Shown: positions 42,383 through 57,394 of the stretch, piece after piece
How the letters are laid out: every line of letters begins with the position of its first letter
How positions within the stretch are numbered: position 1 is the first letter of the stretch
Source: Tubiluchus corallicola
Lineage: Eukaryota > Animalia > Priapulida
Length of the DNA: 64,000 nucleotides
Direction of reading: 5' to 3'
Assembly: GCA_030141605.1 (NCBI GenBank)
Contig: JAQGDQ010000754.1
Location: 37,634-101,633 of the forward strand
The notes under the pieces: model-generated
Databases searched by the model: none
What the model was told of the DNA's origin: nothing
The model's input: only the letters and a program-made list of their open reading frames with translations
Made by a program: the position numbers and the translations under genes

Positions 42383-42959
42383 TCTCTATTTCGACAGCTA
42401 TGTCATAAACCACACAGAGCAATTTTGTCTGCATATATTATGCTCACTTCATCGCAGCAGTGACGTAACTAATTAACTCAATGAACTTAAGTGACTGTAG
42501 TTAATTAGCTACGTAATTAGATGTAGTTAAAGAAAATTTCAGTAAACGTTTTTCGTTCACTCCGTGCATTAATGCTAACAAAAATCGATACGGGATTTCA
42601 AATTTCACAACAAAAAAATCTGTTAAGAACATTTAATTACAAGGTTTATTAAATTATCGTTTATTACTATGTGACGTTCGTTAATTTATTGAAAATTTAT
42701 TAAAATTATTATGTTCACTCTTGTAATTTATAATTTGACAATTTAAAAGTCGTAAATTCATGTTATGAATAAGTGTTAAATGAGATCTCATTAAATAATG
42801 AGGCATTAAGTTTTAGTAAACAAGAACTTCATGGATCAAAGGCACCGATCTGTTTGAGGATTTAGTTCCTTGCTGTTTAGATCTTATGCGTAATTAGAAA
42901 GTTTTCTTTTTATTAAAAGATGCATTGGTTTGTTATTGGTGGTGTCATTTGTTATATGT

Positions 42960-43435
42960 GAAAAACTGTACAGAATGCTACCCAAATAAACTAGAAATAC
43001 AAGATGAAATACATTTGCTCTTGTATTGTAGTAGATACGAACAACTAAGAAACAGCCTTAATACGGAAATTAGCTCTATGTATCCAAACTTTACTTACTT
43101 ATTAGATGATGACAAACTTGTGTTTATGTATATTTATGTTGTACCATTGGGTTTATACTTCAAGATTTGATGTTGTGTCTTTGGTTTAAATTGTTGAGTT
43201 TGAGTTGTGTAATTGTGTTGTTGATAACGTGGTATAGGTTTTTTTGTAGCGCTGTATATATGTGTAATTGTGTTGTTGATAACGTGGTATAGGTTTTTTG
43301 TAGCGCTGTATATGTGTGTAATTGTGTTGTTGATAACGTGGTATAGGTTTTTTGTAGCGCTGTATATGTGTGTAATTGTATCTTTATAATCGGTGTGTGT
43401 ATTATGGGAACTGTAATTGTGATTACCCAATAAAA
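42960..43435 (+). mobile_element. LINE 3' remnant (RTEX-type CCHC C-terminus) with a 53-bp triplication in its 3' UTR
   Basis: CTECYPNKLEIQDEIHLLLYCSRYEQLR fits the C..C...EDE.H....C..Y..LR pattern; AATAAA at about 43428. Confidence 0.6.
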
Positions 43436-44322
43436 TATAAAAATACGAAATATGTGTTTATAGCCAACCAGAATGTCTGAAATCGCTTCTTGCTAACACA
43501 AAATAAAAAATACATATGACGTTTATTTCTCAGGATATTTTATTACAGAGTAATGTAAAGTAATCAAAAATTCTCGGGGGTGATGAGTTAATATGTGAAT
43601 TGCTCTATATCTATAGCGAGGGTGGATGCGCTTCAAACATCGTGGCTTTTACATTTTTCACGCTCTGATAAGCAGGTTCTATAAAGGTTTATTGCTGCAA
43701 AAATATTTTACTGAGAAATTTACTATATTGGGCACATGTGTGTATATTCTCGACACGAAATTTACTTAAAAAAACGAATTTATAAAAAGATATTAGAGTT
43801 TAGAGACTTGTTAAAATGGGGAACAGTAAATACTTTCACTGCAGAAAAAATAAATGTGTGTTTTATGCCTTTAATTTTCACGTGGTTAGGGAGTTTAGTC
43901 GCGTCGGTTCGTCTGGTCTGTGCGTTTGCCTGTACGTCCGAAATTAAAATGGATGAATATTCACTAAACTTGGTGCCGGGATACGTCTTGACTACGGGAC
44001 AAAAGACAAAAGTTATTTGCTCAGAATGTCAAAAGTCAAGGCCACAAAGTCAAAACGATTTTTTTCCATAATGATTTCATGTGAGGGCGTAGGTTCGAGC
44101 CTCTGTAGAGTACCTTTTAGTTTGTCATCATACATTTATCATTATACATAATGAGCTGCACAGTTTACAAAATAATAACGTCTTTCTTTATTCATGACTA
44201 TCAAAACGTCGAAACGGGCGACGCTACAAACACTTTCACTCTACAAAGAGTGTGGTGACATCTACTGGCAACAAAGAAGTATTATTACAACCTGCGCCAC
44301 TTTAATTGGCAAACAGCAACTG

Positions 44323-44349
44323 GTACTACTACTACTGCTGCTGCTACTA

Positions 44350-44441
<92 letters not shown>

Positions 44442-44442
44442 G

Positions 44443-44519
<77 letters not shown>

Positions 44520-44526
44520 GCTGCTG

Positions 44527-44612
<86 letters not shown>

Positions 44613-44720
44613 GCTACTACTACTACTACTACTACTACTGCTGCTACTAGTACTACTACTACCACTACTACTACTACTATTACTACTACTACTACTACTA
44701 CTGCAACGTCTACTACTGTA
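44323..44720. repeat. (CTA)n/(CTG)n microsatellite
   Basis: Direct reading. Confidence 0.95.
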
Positions 44721-45459
44721 ATCATTACAAATTGAAAAAAACGAACTATATATATATATATATATATAAAACGTCTTTCTTTATTCAAGTCTATCAACAG
44801 GTCGAAACGAGCAACGCTACATACTCTGCAAAGAGCATAGTGACATCTACTGGCAACAAAGAAGTATTATTACAACCTGCGCCTTTTTAATTCGCAAACA
44901 GCAAATAAAATACAAAAAGAGAAGCAATCAAACTGAAATCAAGATGAAAGAAGCCCATCTAGGAAGAGGCGATGAACGTGTGGTATGAAAAACAAGACGA
45001 AAGAAGCCAAACAAAATTGCAAGAGGAACCCCGAAGCCATTTTTTTATATTTAGGAAGCTGGAAAAGCAACAGAAACTGGGATAATGAGCAAAGTGCGTG
45101 GGAAGCCACGGAAGCCACATGCACTTGCCTATCAGCTGAAAACTTTACAATGTGAAAATGGTTTCATGTTTCTTCCCAGCCGCTGCAAGTTTCATACCTA
45201 CATCCACCATAAAAACTCTGATATGCATCCAGCTTAATTGCTGCACAGAAATGCGAGGAATGCTGCGCATGCGCACTAGACTACAGACTTGGTTCATTGA
45301 TAAAACCGATCGCCTGCGTGGGCGTTGTTATGGCGGAGATTTTTGTGATTTGTAAACAATAACAACTCCAGGACTCCTAATGGCGCCCTGAACCGGACGT
45401 TCATTTAAGCAAAACAATTTTTATGAGGCCTCCCACGTCTAACAAACAATACAAACAAT

Positions 45460-46560
45460 TTATTTATTTATTTATTTTAGTTTATTTACACCCAATAGTA
45501 AAATACAGTCTACAATAAGAACAATATATATAAAACACGTTTTCAAAAAAACATACAAATACAATATTTACAAGAGTGTGGTAAAGACGCAAAGAGATTA
45601 ACTGCTTACATGTGTCTATTGTGAACAAGGAATTTATGCAAGTTAACTTTATATAAGCGGCTTTTAAATAACTTAATATTTTGTGCAGTTACGTGGGGTG
45701 CACCATCAACATATTTATTTAGGATTGGATCAGACAGTTTGAACAACATGATTTAGGATCCTCACCACAACTGGCTTTATACACTATTTACAAAAACATT
45801 TACAGTAAGAATAGACTATACTTAGTATACTAAAAACTAAGTATAGTCTATTCTTACAGTAAATGTTACTAATGTCTAATGTAATCTTGTAGTAAAACTT
45901 GTCAGCTTGTGTAGTTATAGTCTATTCTTACAGTAAATGTTACTAATGTCTAATGTAATCTTGTAGTAAAACTTGTCAGCTTGTGTAGTTATAGTCTATT
46001 CTTACAGTAAATGTTACTAATGTCTAATGTAATCTTGTAGTAAAACTTGTCAGCTTGTGTAGTTATAGTCTATTCTTACTGTAAATGTTCTTGTAAATAG
46101 TGTATAAAGTCTGTTGTGGTGAGGATCCTAAATCACGTTGTTCAAACTGTCTGATCCAATCCTATAATAAATTGTGTTTAAACTAACATATGCAGGCAAT
46201 GAGTTCGATACCGGTACAACACGATTTGAGAAAAACTGACCAAATGACACTTCATCAGTTCGACGCACGAAGAACTTCAGAGAATGATTTTGCCTTGTTC
46301 TATTGCAAGAAACTCGGGTAAAAAATTTGTCAAAATCAACATCAACTTCTCTAGGAATAACTTCGTAGCTCAAAGCTAAATCTTGTTGAATGCGTCTCTC
46401 TTCTAAAGACTTTAGATGTAGAATTTCCAGACGCTTAGGTTATGGCATATGCATTAAATTACATCTAGAAAAAGTTGTTTGAAAATTTGTCATTTGCTTC
46501 ACATTCCGCAGTGATTCATTGTGATTTTGTAATTCACTGCGAAAATATTTTAGGTAAAGG
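45460..46560 (-). mobile_element. CR1-clade LINE 3' remnant interrupted by a foldback insertion
   Basis: Minus strand reads LKSLEERR...TRQNHSLK...FFSNRVV..NSLPAYV and resumes left of the insertion as VTAQNIKLFKSRLYKVNLHKFL; (TAAA)-rich tail near 45460-45490. Confidence 0.7.
45720..46164. mobile_element. Foldback/MITE-like element with ~100-bp inverted arms and an internal 74-bp tandem repeat
   Basis: 45720-45820 is the near-exact reverse complement of 46064-46164; TATAGTCTATTC at 45842, 45916, 45990, 46064. Confidence 0.8.
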
Positions 46561-46697
46561 CTGATTCACACAATTCAGGAGTAACTCATAAGAAATGTGG
46601 AATCAACAAACCTCGTTCTTTAATAATCGAACTCTTTGTGGGCCACTTGTACTATGGTCATCAATTTTGATATAACGTAACTTATTAATATTAACCT

Positions 46698-46918
46698 ATT
46701 ATTATTATTGTTATTATTATTATTATTGTCATTGTCATTGTCATTGTCATTGTCATTGTCATTGTCATTGTCATTGTCATTGTCATTATCATCATCATCA
46801 TCATCATTATCATTGTCATTATCATTATCATTATCATCATCATTATCATCATCATCATCGTCGTCGTCGTCGTCGTCCTCGTCATCATCATCATCATCAT
46901 CATCATCATTATTATTAA
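46698..46918. repeat. Compound (ATT)n/(GTCATT)n/(ATC)n microsatellite
   Basis: Direct reading. Confidence 0.95.
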
Positions 46919-47879
46919 CTTATTATTATATATTATATTTATATTCTGTTTAATGTACTTCGCATCTTCGAATTTTAGTATCAGATTCGTTTTATTTCCA
47001 ATGTAGTTGTTTAGTTGTTGACAAACGGGAAAACATTGAAAATAATTAACAAATTGGCAGTCAGACTGCTGGTGATTTTTCACAATTTTTCACTGTACGC
47101 TAATTGTAACAAATCCATATTTGTTCCGAAGCTCTGCAATGATCATTCTTTCGTTTTTGAGACTTTGAAACTTCTGTTTCGTGTAATGGCGTATCAGTGA
47201 AGCGCTGACAGGCTTCATAAACGAGCTAACTTGTACTAAACAGAACATTTCTGTACTTTTGTCGATATGTATACTTTGTCACTGTGCCCGTAGATAAAAA
47301 TTCTTTGTTAATGATCTTTGGACTGATTAGGAAGTGCAGGAAGTGTAATTAGCAAGCAAAGGACAGTGGTGGCTCGTGTATAGGTACTGTAGAACTACAA
47401 CACCCCCTATTTTCACTCAATATAATCAATAATACATTTAATATAATGACTCTTTCTTCTTTGGTTCTTTCTTTATACTTGTACGGAACCAGTATCGACT
47501 TAATCCTGGTTTAGCTGGTGAATTCTACTGACGTAATGTTTATTTAACTGTCATCTTTCAAGGTGTTTAGTGAAAGCGAACTAAACGCGCAATGGAAGCA
47601 TTCTCGGCGGGTGGCATAACAGCTTTAAAATAAACTTAAAATTTTAATAAGCCGAAAATTAAAGCAGCAGTTGTGTGCGCGTGTTCGCAACGGAAACGGC
47701 AAAATCTGTCTGCTTTCCTTGCAAGAAGCTGGTTTTTTGTAGCGCCGAAACTTTACGCGCAGAGAATGGAACGACATCTGGGGAAGACAGAAAAGATGAA
47801 AAATGTTGAATACTCATAAAGTTTGGCGTAAAGAAACAGATTTCTATAGTGCTATATAACCAATATACAATTAGATAAA

Positions 47880-48170
47880 CTTTTGTTTCACATTTCTTAC
47901 AAATCTGCTAGCATTTATGTTACACAAGTGCATCGCTCATAAGGATAAATTCTGGTATAATTACATTGATGTGGTTATATAATTTTCCTCTAAGATCATT
48001 GTAATATGGGCATTTTATAACAAAGTGTAATTCGTCTTCGATTTCATTTCTTAAACAATATGAGCATATACGATTCTCAACTGGGATTTTTCCAGGTTTA
48101 ACGTACCCCCCTCTTTCAATACACAAAGGATGAAAGCTGATTCTTAGTTTTGTAAATTTTCTTACACTAC
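47880..48170 (-). mobile_element. LINE 3' remnant (RTEX-type CCHC C-terminus)
   Basis: KLRISFHPLCIERGGY...NRICSYC...IEDELHFVIKCPYYNDLR. Confidence 0.75.
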
Positions 48171-48409
48171 ATCGGTGCCACTTGCTGTTGTCATACCCAA
48201 CTGTTCTTACACTTTTCTACACTTTTTAAGTAACAGGAATTTTCCGTTTTTAACACGTCCTGTGCGGCGAGCCAAAATCAAAGCCCAACGAATGCTGAGA
48301 ATGAACCGTATCGACCAACAGCTTGATTTGAAATTAGATAATGACGCTGTTGCCAAATGCAATTTCCATGTGGAAACCAGTTTCCTAATAGATCGTGCAA
48401 TAGCTGATT

Positions 48410-51106
48410 CGTTACTGCACTTATTGTTTGCAGTACCCTACACCTCGCTCCTTCATCTTGGAGACAAGATAACTCCACAACGTTACTGCACTTATTGTTT
48501 GCGGTAGCCTACACCTCGCTCCTTCATCTTGGAGACAAGATAACTCCACAACGTTACTGCACTTATTGTTTGCGGTAGCCTACACCTCGCTCCTTCATCT
48601 TGGAGACAAGATAACTCCACAACGTTACTGCACTTATTGTTTGCGGTACCCTACACCTCGCTCCTTCATCTTGGAGACAAGATAACTCCACAACGTTACT
48701 GCACTTATTGTTTGCGGTACCCTACACCTCGCTCCTTCATCTTGGAGACAAGATAACTCCACAACGTTACTGCACTTATTGTTTGCGGTAGCCTACACCT
48801 CGCTCCTTCATCTTGGAGACAAGATAACTCCACAACGTTACTGCACTTATTGTTTGCGGTAGCCTACACCTCGCTCCTTCATCTTGGAGACAAGATAACT
48901 CCACAACGTTACTGCACTTATTGTTTGCGGTAGCCTACACCTCGCTCCTTCATCTTGGAGACAAGATAACTCCACAACGTTACTGCACTTATTGTTTGCG
49001 GTAGCCTACACCTCGCTCCTTCATCTTGGAGACAAGATAACTCCACAACGTTACTGCACTTATTGTTTGCGGTACCCTACACCTCGCTCCTTCATCTTGG
49101 AGACAAGATAACTCCACAACGTTACTGCACTTATTGTTTGCGGTAGCCTACACCTCGCTCCTTCATCTTGGAGACAAGATAACTCCACAACGTTACTGCA
49201 CTTATTGTTTGCGGTACCCTACACCTCGCTCCTTCATCTTGGAGACAAGATAACTCCACAACGTTACTGCACTTATTGTTTGCGGTACCCTACACCTCGC
49301 TCCTTCATCTTGGAGACAAGATAACTCCACAACGTTACTGCACTTATTGTTTGCGGTAGCCTACACCTCGTCCTTCATCTTGGAGACAAGATAACTCCAC
49401 AACGTTACTGCACTTATTGTTTGCGGTACCCTACACCTCGCTCCTTCATCTTGGAGACAAGATAACTCCACAACGTTACTGCACTTATTGTTTGCGCTAC
49501 CCTACACCTCGCTCCTTCATCTTGGAGACAAGATAACTCCACAACGTTACTGCACTTATTGTTTGCGCTACCCTACACCTCGCTGCTTCATCTTGGAGAC
49601 AAGATAACTCCACAACGTTACTGCACTTATTGTTTGCGCTACCCTACACCTCGCTCCTTCATCTTGGAGACAAGATAACTCCACAACGTTACTGCACTTA
49701 TTGTTTGCGGTAGCCTACACCTCGCTCCTTCATCTTGGAGACAAGATAACTCCACAACGTTACTGCACTTATTGTTTGCGCTACCCTACACCTCGCTCCT
49801 TCATCTTGGAGACAAGATAACTCCACAACGTTACTGCACTTATTGTTTGCGGTACCCTACACCTCGCTCCTTCATCTTGGAGACAAGATAACTCCACAAC
49901 GTTACTGCACTTATTGTTTGCGGTACCCTACACCTCGCTCCTTCATCTTGGAGACAAGATAACTCCACAACGTTACTGCACTTATTGTTTGCGGTAGCCT
50001 ACACCTCGCTCCTTCATCTTGGAGACAAGATAACTCCACAACGTTACTGCACTTATTGTTTGCGGTACCCTACACCTCGCTCCTTCATCTTGGAGACAAG
50101 ATAACTCCACAACGTTACTGCACTTATTGTTTGCGGTACCCTACACCTCGCTCCTTCATCTTGGAGACAAGATAACTCCACAACGTTACTGCACTTATTG
50201 TTTGCGGTACCCTACACCTCGCTCCTTCATCTTGGAGACAAGATAACTCCACAACGTTACTGCACTTATTGTTTGCGGTACCCTACACCTCGCTCCTTCA
50301 TCTTGGAGACAAGATAACTCCACAACGTTACTGCACTTATTGTTTGCGGTAGCCTACACCTCGCTCCTTCATCTTGGAGACAAGATAACTCCACAAGGTT
50401 ACTGCACTTATTGTTTGTGCTACCCTACACCTCGCTCCTTCATCTTGGAGACAAGATAACTCCACAACGTTACTGCACTTATTGTTTGCGGTACCCTACA
50501 CCTCGCTCCTTCATCTTGGAGACAAGATAACTCCACAACGTTACTGCACTTATTGTTTGCGGTAGCCTACACCTCGCTCCTTCATCTTGGAGACAAGATA
50601 ACTCCACAACGTTACTGCACTTATTGTTTGCGGTACCCTACACCTCGCTCCTTCATCTTGGAGACAAGATAACTCCACAACGTTACTGCACTTATTGTTT
50701 GCGGTAGCCTACACCTCGCTCCTTCATCTTGGAGACAAGATAACTCCACAACGTTACTGCACTTATTGTTTGCGGTACCCTACACCTCGCTCCTTCATCT
50801 TGGAGACAAGATAACTCCACAACGTTACTGCACTTATTGTTTGCGCTACCCTACACCTCGCTCCTTCATCTTGGAGACAAGATAACTCCACAACGTTACT
50901 GCACTTATTGTTTGCGGTACCCTACACATCGCTCCTTCATCTTGGAGACAAGATAACTCCACAACGTTACTGCACTTATTGTTTGTGCTACCCTACACCT
51001 CGCTCCTTCATCTTGGAGACAAGATAACTCCACAACGTTACTGCACTTACTGTTTGCAGTAGCCTACACCTCACTCCTTCATCTTAAAGACAAGATAACT
51101 CCACAA
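48410..51106. repeat. 71-bp minisatellite, about 38 copies
   Basis: CGTTACTGCAC at 48410, 48481, 48552 and onward. Confidence 0.97.
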
Positions 51107-51638
51107 ATATTGACCAGCGCGAAACAACGGCCGATCTAAACCTTATGCATATTTATTAATGTCTTTGAAAATAATAAATCTCTGTAATCCAATGACGGGA
51201 ATATTTCTACGGAGAAAAATTATGAATGAGATTTGAAGAAAATTGAATTGACAAGTCTGCATGCAGTTCAGTGAACCGAGTTTCAAAGAAGCCATGCTGA
51301 CAATTGCTGGATGAGAAGCCATTGTCCAACATGTCGCAAATTAAGTCTGCTGCAGAAGCGTTTAATTTAGCAGCCGAAATGCAGTTATTAGGTTTCATAT
51401 TGCAATGGTCAAAAGAGCTTCAAATGTGCAGTTTGGCTTTGTGTGGGACCTCAGAGTGAAATGAACTGCAGACGTGGAACTGAAGATTAAGTTTCATTAG
51501 GGATTCCGGATTAGTTCACATACCTTGAAACGGGAAGCCATCATAAACCCAAAACACTTCCTGTTAATCAACGAGTTTGTATGTTTTACATTGAAAATGA
51601 ACAACATTTTACTAATATGAACAATAACCTTCACTAAA

Positions 51639-52795
<1,157 letters not shown>

Positions 52796-53156
52796 GCCAT
52801 GACATTTATTCTGAACATATCCGTGCATCTACCGAGAATGACTACTAGGATAGCCGAAAGGTTCAAACGAATTTTATGGCTACGTTTACTGCTTCGTTAT
52901 TTCTCATTAATCATTAATTACTCCATTGGTAATTATATTACTACGGCACCCTTGATACTCCTAACCGTTATGCTCTCTGGGTTACGTAATCTATGTTAGA
53001 TACATTCATTTTATATAGGCTATGAAATTATCCAAAAAACCTTTTACATTTTTTAGTTTTAATTGACTTTTGACCTTAGAACGACCAAAGTGAGGTCACC
53101 GGCTGTCCCACTCTAAACTTTTACGTGCCTGGTTAGCCAAAAAACAACAGGTGTAA

Positions 53157-53743
53157 AGCAAAACCGGACCAAATCTTAAACTGTAGATCAAAACAATCGC
53201 CTCTTTAAAATATTGAAAGAGAGACACTATTTTTTCAAAAATGAAAGAATTATTACCACATAAGCACAATTTCGTGTTCGCGCCACTAATTCTTTGCTGC
53301 TACATGCATTTCGCTATTCGGTAGTTAGACGGGCACTAGCGCCTGCATTTCGGAAACGCATTGCACAAAAACAGGTGCTGTACCTCTCCGTTCAGATGTG
53401 TTAGTTCTGACGAACTACGCACGTTCGACAGTTCATGCGTGAGCACAGAAATTTGAATTTTTATCTTAAAACTTGCCTAGTTTTAGCACAACACACTGAA
53501 TATCTTACAGTAGCACTGTACTTCAATTTTCTCTTTCGCAAACACGTGCAACACGCTCGTGGAATATTTTTTCTGTTGAAAATTATGTTAGTTTGTGATG
53601 TCATCAATAGTTGGGCTCGCCCGCCGTTAATTAAGATTTTAATCTATTATTTAATTATCGGAAACGCTTTTGCAGTATTAGTTTAGTTAAAATGTAAACT
53701 TTTTATCGAACTTGAAAATGGGGTAGTGTATGAAAAGTCTTGC
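53157..53743 (+). mobile_element. Kolobok-like MITE copy
   Basis: Starts (G)TAA|AGCAAAAC, ends GTCTTGC|TTAA; collinear with the 56851 and 60734 copies. Confidence 0.75.
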
Positions 53744-54070
53744 TTAAGATTTTGCGCCACTTGTTGTCCTTTGTTGACTTACATGACATGCTAGCAAGCT
53801 CAAGTTAAGCAAAACACTGAAAATGGTCAAAGCAGAAATCGTTGAAATTTCTAATAAGGAAAATTGCGTTTTCGCTTTTAATTTGCTGTGTAACGAGCGA
53901 CTGCCCTGGGGCTCTGGAGCGTTTAATGTTGTCCTGGCTTCAGCAGTAATTAATTAGGACTTGAGTCATGCTTGATTGTGTGTTTAATGTTGCAGTAATT
54001 GTACAAAATCAAATCTTTGGACACAACACATGTCTGCTAAGTTTTTTGCTTAGAAAATGCAAAGTAAATG

Positions 54071-54563
54071 CTAGTAAATGCTTAGAATGATTGCGAATTA
54101 GTAAATGCTCAGAATGATTGTGAATTAGTAAATGCTCACAATGATTGTGAATTAGTAAATGCTCACAATGATTGTGAATTAGTAAATGCTCACAATGATT
54201 GTGAATTAGTAAATGCTCACAATGATTGTGAATTAGTAAATGCTCACAATGATTGTGAATTAGTAAATGCTCAGAATGATTGTGAATTAGTAAATGCTCA
54301 GAATGATTGCGAATTAGTAAATGCTCAGAATGATTGTGAATTAGTAAATGCTCACAATGATTGTGAATTAGTAAATGCTCACAATGATTGTGAATTAGTA
54401 AATGCTCACAATGATTGTGAATTAGTAAATGCTCACAATGATTGTGAATTAGTAAATGCTCACAATGATTGTGAATTAGTAAATGCTCAGAATGATTGTG
54501 AATTAGTAAATGCTCACAATGATTGTGAATTAGTAAATGCTCAGAATGATTGTGAATTAGTAA
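54071..54563. repeat. 27-bp minisatellite, about 18 copies
   Basis: TTAGTAAATGCTCACAATGATTGTGAA; contains palindrome TCACAAT-G-ATTGTGA. Confidence 0.95.
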
Positions 54564-55481
54564 AAACATTTACTGTAAACGTTTCGCGTTCCTTCATACT
54601 TTTGTGTTGTAGAAGTCTCGCATAATAAACTAGTTTAATTTGACGACGTGTTTTCTGGCTTTCTCTACGAGCCTTCCGAGAGAAACAAAACACGACATAA
54701 ATACATTTTTAAACATACAAAATATTAACTTATTTCGTTTAAATAATGTGATTTAAACATCAATAATTCTACGGAAATATTTCGCCGTTTATATTTGTGT
54801 TGTTTAATGTGTGAAGGTGCCTTTATGCTTCTATGTTGACATTGTATTTGTTTTGTAAACTCGTCTTTTGTGAATTCGTAAATGGCTCTAGCAAAATCCT
54901 AGTCATTATACGCGGCTAGATCCTGTGTAAACGTTTTCGCGAAGTTAATAGAAAGGGACGGGGAACTATTGGTAAACAGAAGCTCATAGGCGAAAGATTT
55001 TTAAATTGTTTACACGTTTGTGTTAATCAAAGCGTTCCGCATTTGTTCAAAAAACTTAGAATTCAAAGGTCGTGATCTTCGGTCTATTCGCACACTTGAA
55101 ATTTGATATGAAAGCACGCGTTCTGAAATTTTCAAATAATAAATAAACTTACGACTCATTGCACGTTGTGCAGGCCATGTCTAGTTTTTCTCGTCTGACT
55201 TATACAGTGCATCTACAAAAATGCAGTTTTTTACATATCTGAAGATATATCTAAGTGAATTTCGAAACAGTTCTCTGTAAAACTGTACATTGTACACGAA
55301 GGTACAGAAATGCAGCTTTTTACATATATGAAGAAATATCTAAGTGAATTTCGAAACAGTTCTCTGTAAAACTGTACATTGTACACGAAGGTACAAAAAT
55401 GCGTAAAAATGATTACGTATAATAATTATTATCGTTGATATTCCTAGTGAATTTAGTTACAACGCAGAAATAGTGGCATCA

Positions 55482-56015
55482 TATCATAACTTGACTACTG
55501 TATCATAACTTAATTACTGTATCATAACTTTACTACCGTATCATAACTTAACTACTGTATGATAACTTAACTACTGTATCATAACTTAACTACTGTATCA
55601 TAACTTGACTACTGTATCATAACTTTACTACTGTATCATAACTTAACTACTGTATCATAACTTGACTACTGTATCATAACTTAATTACTGTATCATAACT
55701 TTACTACCGTATCATAACTTAACTACTGTATGATAACTTAACTACTGTATCATAACTTGACTACTGTATCATAACTTTACTACTGTATCATAACTTTACT
55801 ACTGTAACATAACTTTACTGTATCATAACTTAACTACTGTATCATAACTTGACTACTGTATCATAACTTAACTACTGTATCATAACTTAACTACTGTATC
55901 ATAACTTAACTACTGTATCATAACTTAACTACTGTATCATAACTTAACTACTGTATCATAACTTGACTACGGTATCATAACTTCACTACTTTATCATAAC
56001 TTTACTACTGTAACA
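55482..56015. repeat. 19-bp minisatellite, about 28 copies
   Basis: TATCATAACTTAACTACTG. Confidence 0.95.
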
Positions 56016-57394
56016 TTCAAGCAAAGACTGCTAAGCTCATTTTCATTATTTTGTTTACCCCTAGACTCTTAATCAATAGCATAATGGTGCCTCGCACCTG
56101 CCTGAACACCAGGCGTTAATCATCGTCAATTCTGCAGGTAAGCCACTTCTGCTGACGTCAGCGAGCTGTCTATTTCCTATAAAAGCCGAATTGAGTACAT
56201 CGTAAATGAACGCTCATAAGTTGGCTGTTCTGTTTGAAGCTTTAACGCAAAGGCAGTGTGACGTACGCGCAGGTTATATATAGAAGTGAGATTGTCTGTC
56301 GTGGCTTTCTAAACAAGTGTATCGTTGTCGAGGCTAAAGGATTAGCTAGGAAAACCGTCTAAGCTGCAGGGGAATTGACGCGTTTTCTGCAAAGTTCCAT
56401 CGTAACTTGTTAAACCTTTAAGTTGTTATTAGTAGATCGTCTATTTGGTTAATGCCAGTTTTCCTCATTTCCATTTCTATTTTTATTATGTTAACGGTTG
56501 TGACAGGACCGGAATCTAGGTTATTCTTTTTTAGAGGCATCCAGCACTCAAATAGAAGGCTCTATGTTAACGGTTGTGACAGGATCGGAATCTAGGTTAT
56601 TCTTTTTTAGACGTCTCTGCATCCAGCACTCAAATAGAAGGTTCTATTTTTATTATGTTAACGGTTGTGACAGGATCGGAATCTAGGTAATTAGCAAGGA
56701 TGAGTTTCTGAGATGAGCCATTGAACGCGCAGGGATATCTGTACCAAGTTCAGATGGGAATACATCCTTGTTTAGAGAGATACTTCCTGTGCAGTATGCT
56801 CTAGATATTCTGGTGATCATCATTCACTAATCAGGCCCTTCATTGCTTAAAGCAAAACCGAACCAAACGTTAAACTGCAGGTCAAGACAATGTACTCGTT
56901 AAAATTTTAAAAGTAAACATACTATATTTTCAAAAATGACTTACGTGAAAGAATTATTACCACACAAACATAATTTCACGTTCGCGCCACTAGTTCTTTG
57001 CTGTTACATGCGTTTCGCCATTCGGTAGTTGACGGGAACTAGCGCCTGCATTTCAGAAACGCATTGTACAAAAAAGCAGGTGCTGTACCTCTCAGTTCAG
57101 GTGTGTTAATTTCTGACGAACTACACACGTTCGACAGCTCATGCGTGCGCACGGTGGTAAATTTGAAATTTGAATTTTTATCTTAAAACTTGCCTGTTTT
57201 AGTACAACACACTTAATATCTTACAGTAGCACCGTACTTCAGTTTTCGCTTTCGCAAACACGTGTAACACGCTCGTAGAATATTTTTACTGTTGAAAATT
57301 GTGTTAGTTTGTGGTGTTATGACTAATTGGGCTTGTCCGCTGTTAACTAAGTTTTTAATCTATTATTGATTATCAGAAACGCTTTTGCAGTAGT

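Noticed and set aside
44177-44225. Hammerhead/Penelope-like motif (...CATGAC...GTCGAAACG)
   Set aside because: No CUGANGA core. I also saw no hammerhead core in any tandem unit, so a retrozyme call is unsupported.
51207-51398. Minus-strand peptide containing CQHGF (LINE RT-like)
   Set aside because: The match is too short to support a feature.
56065-56137. Exon-like segment (pyrimidine tract-TAG ... CAG|GTAAG)
   Set aside because: Stops in all three frames and no Cav3 similarity; at most a cryptic exon.
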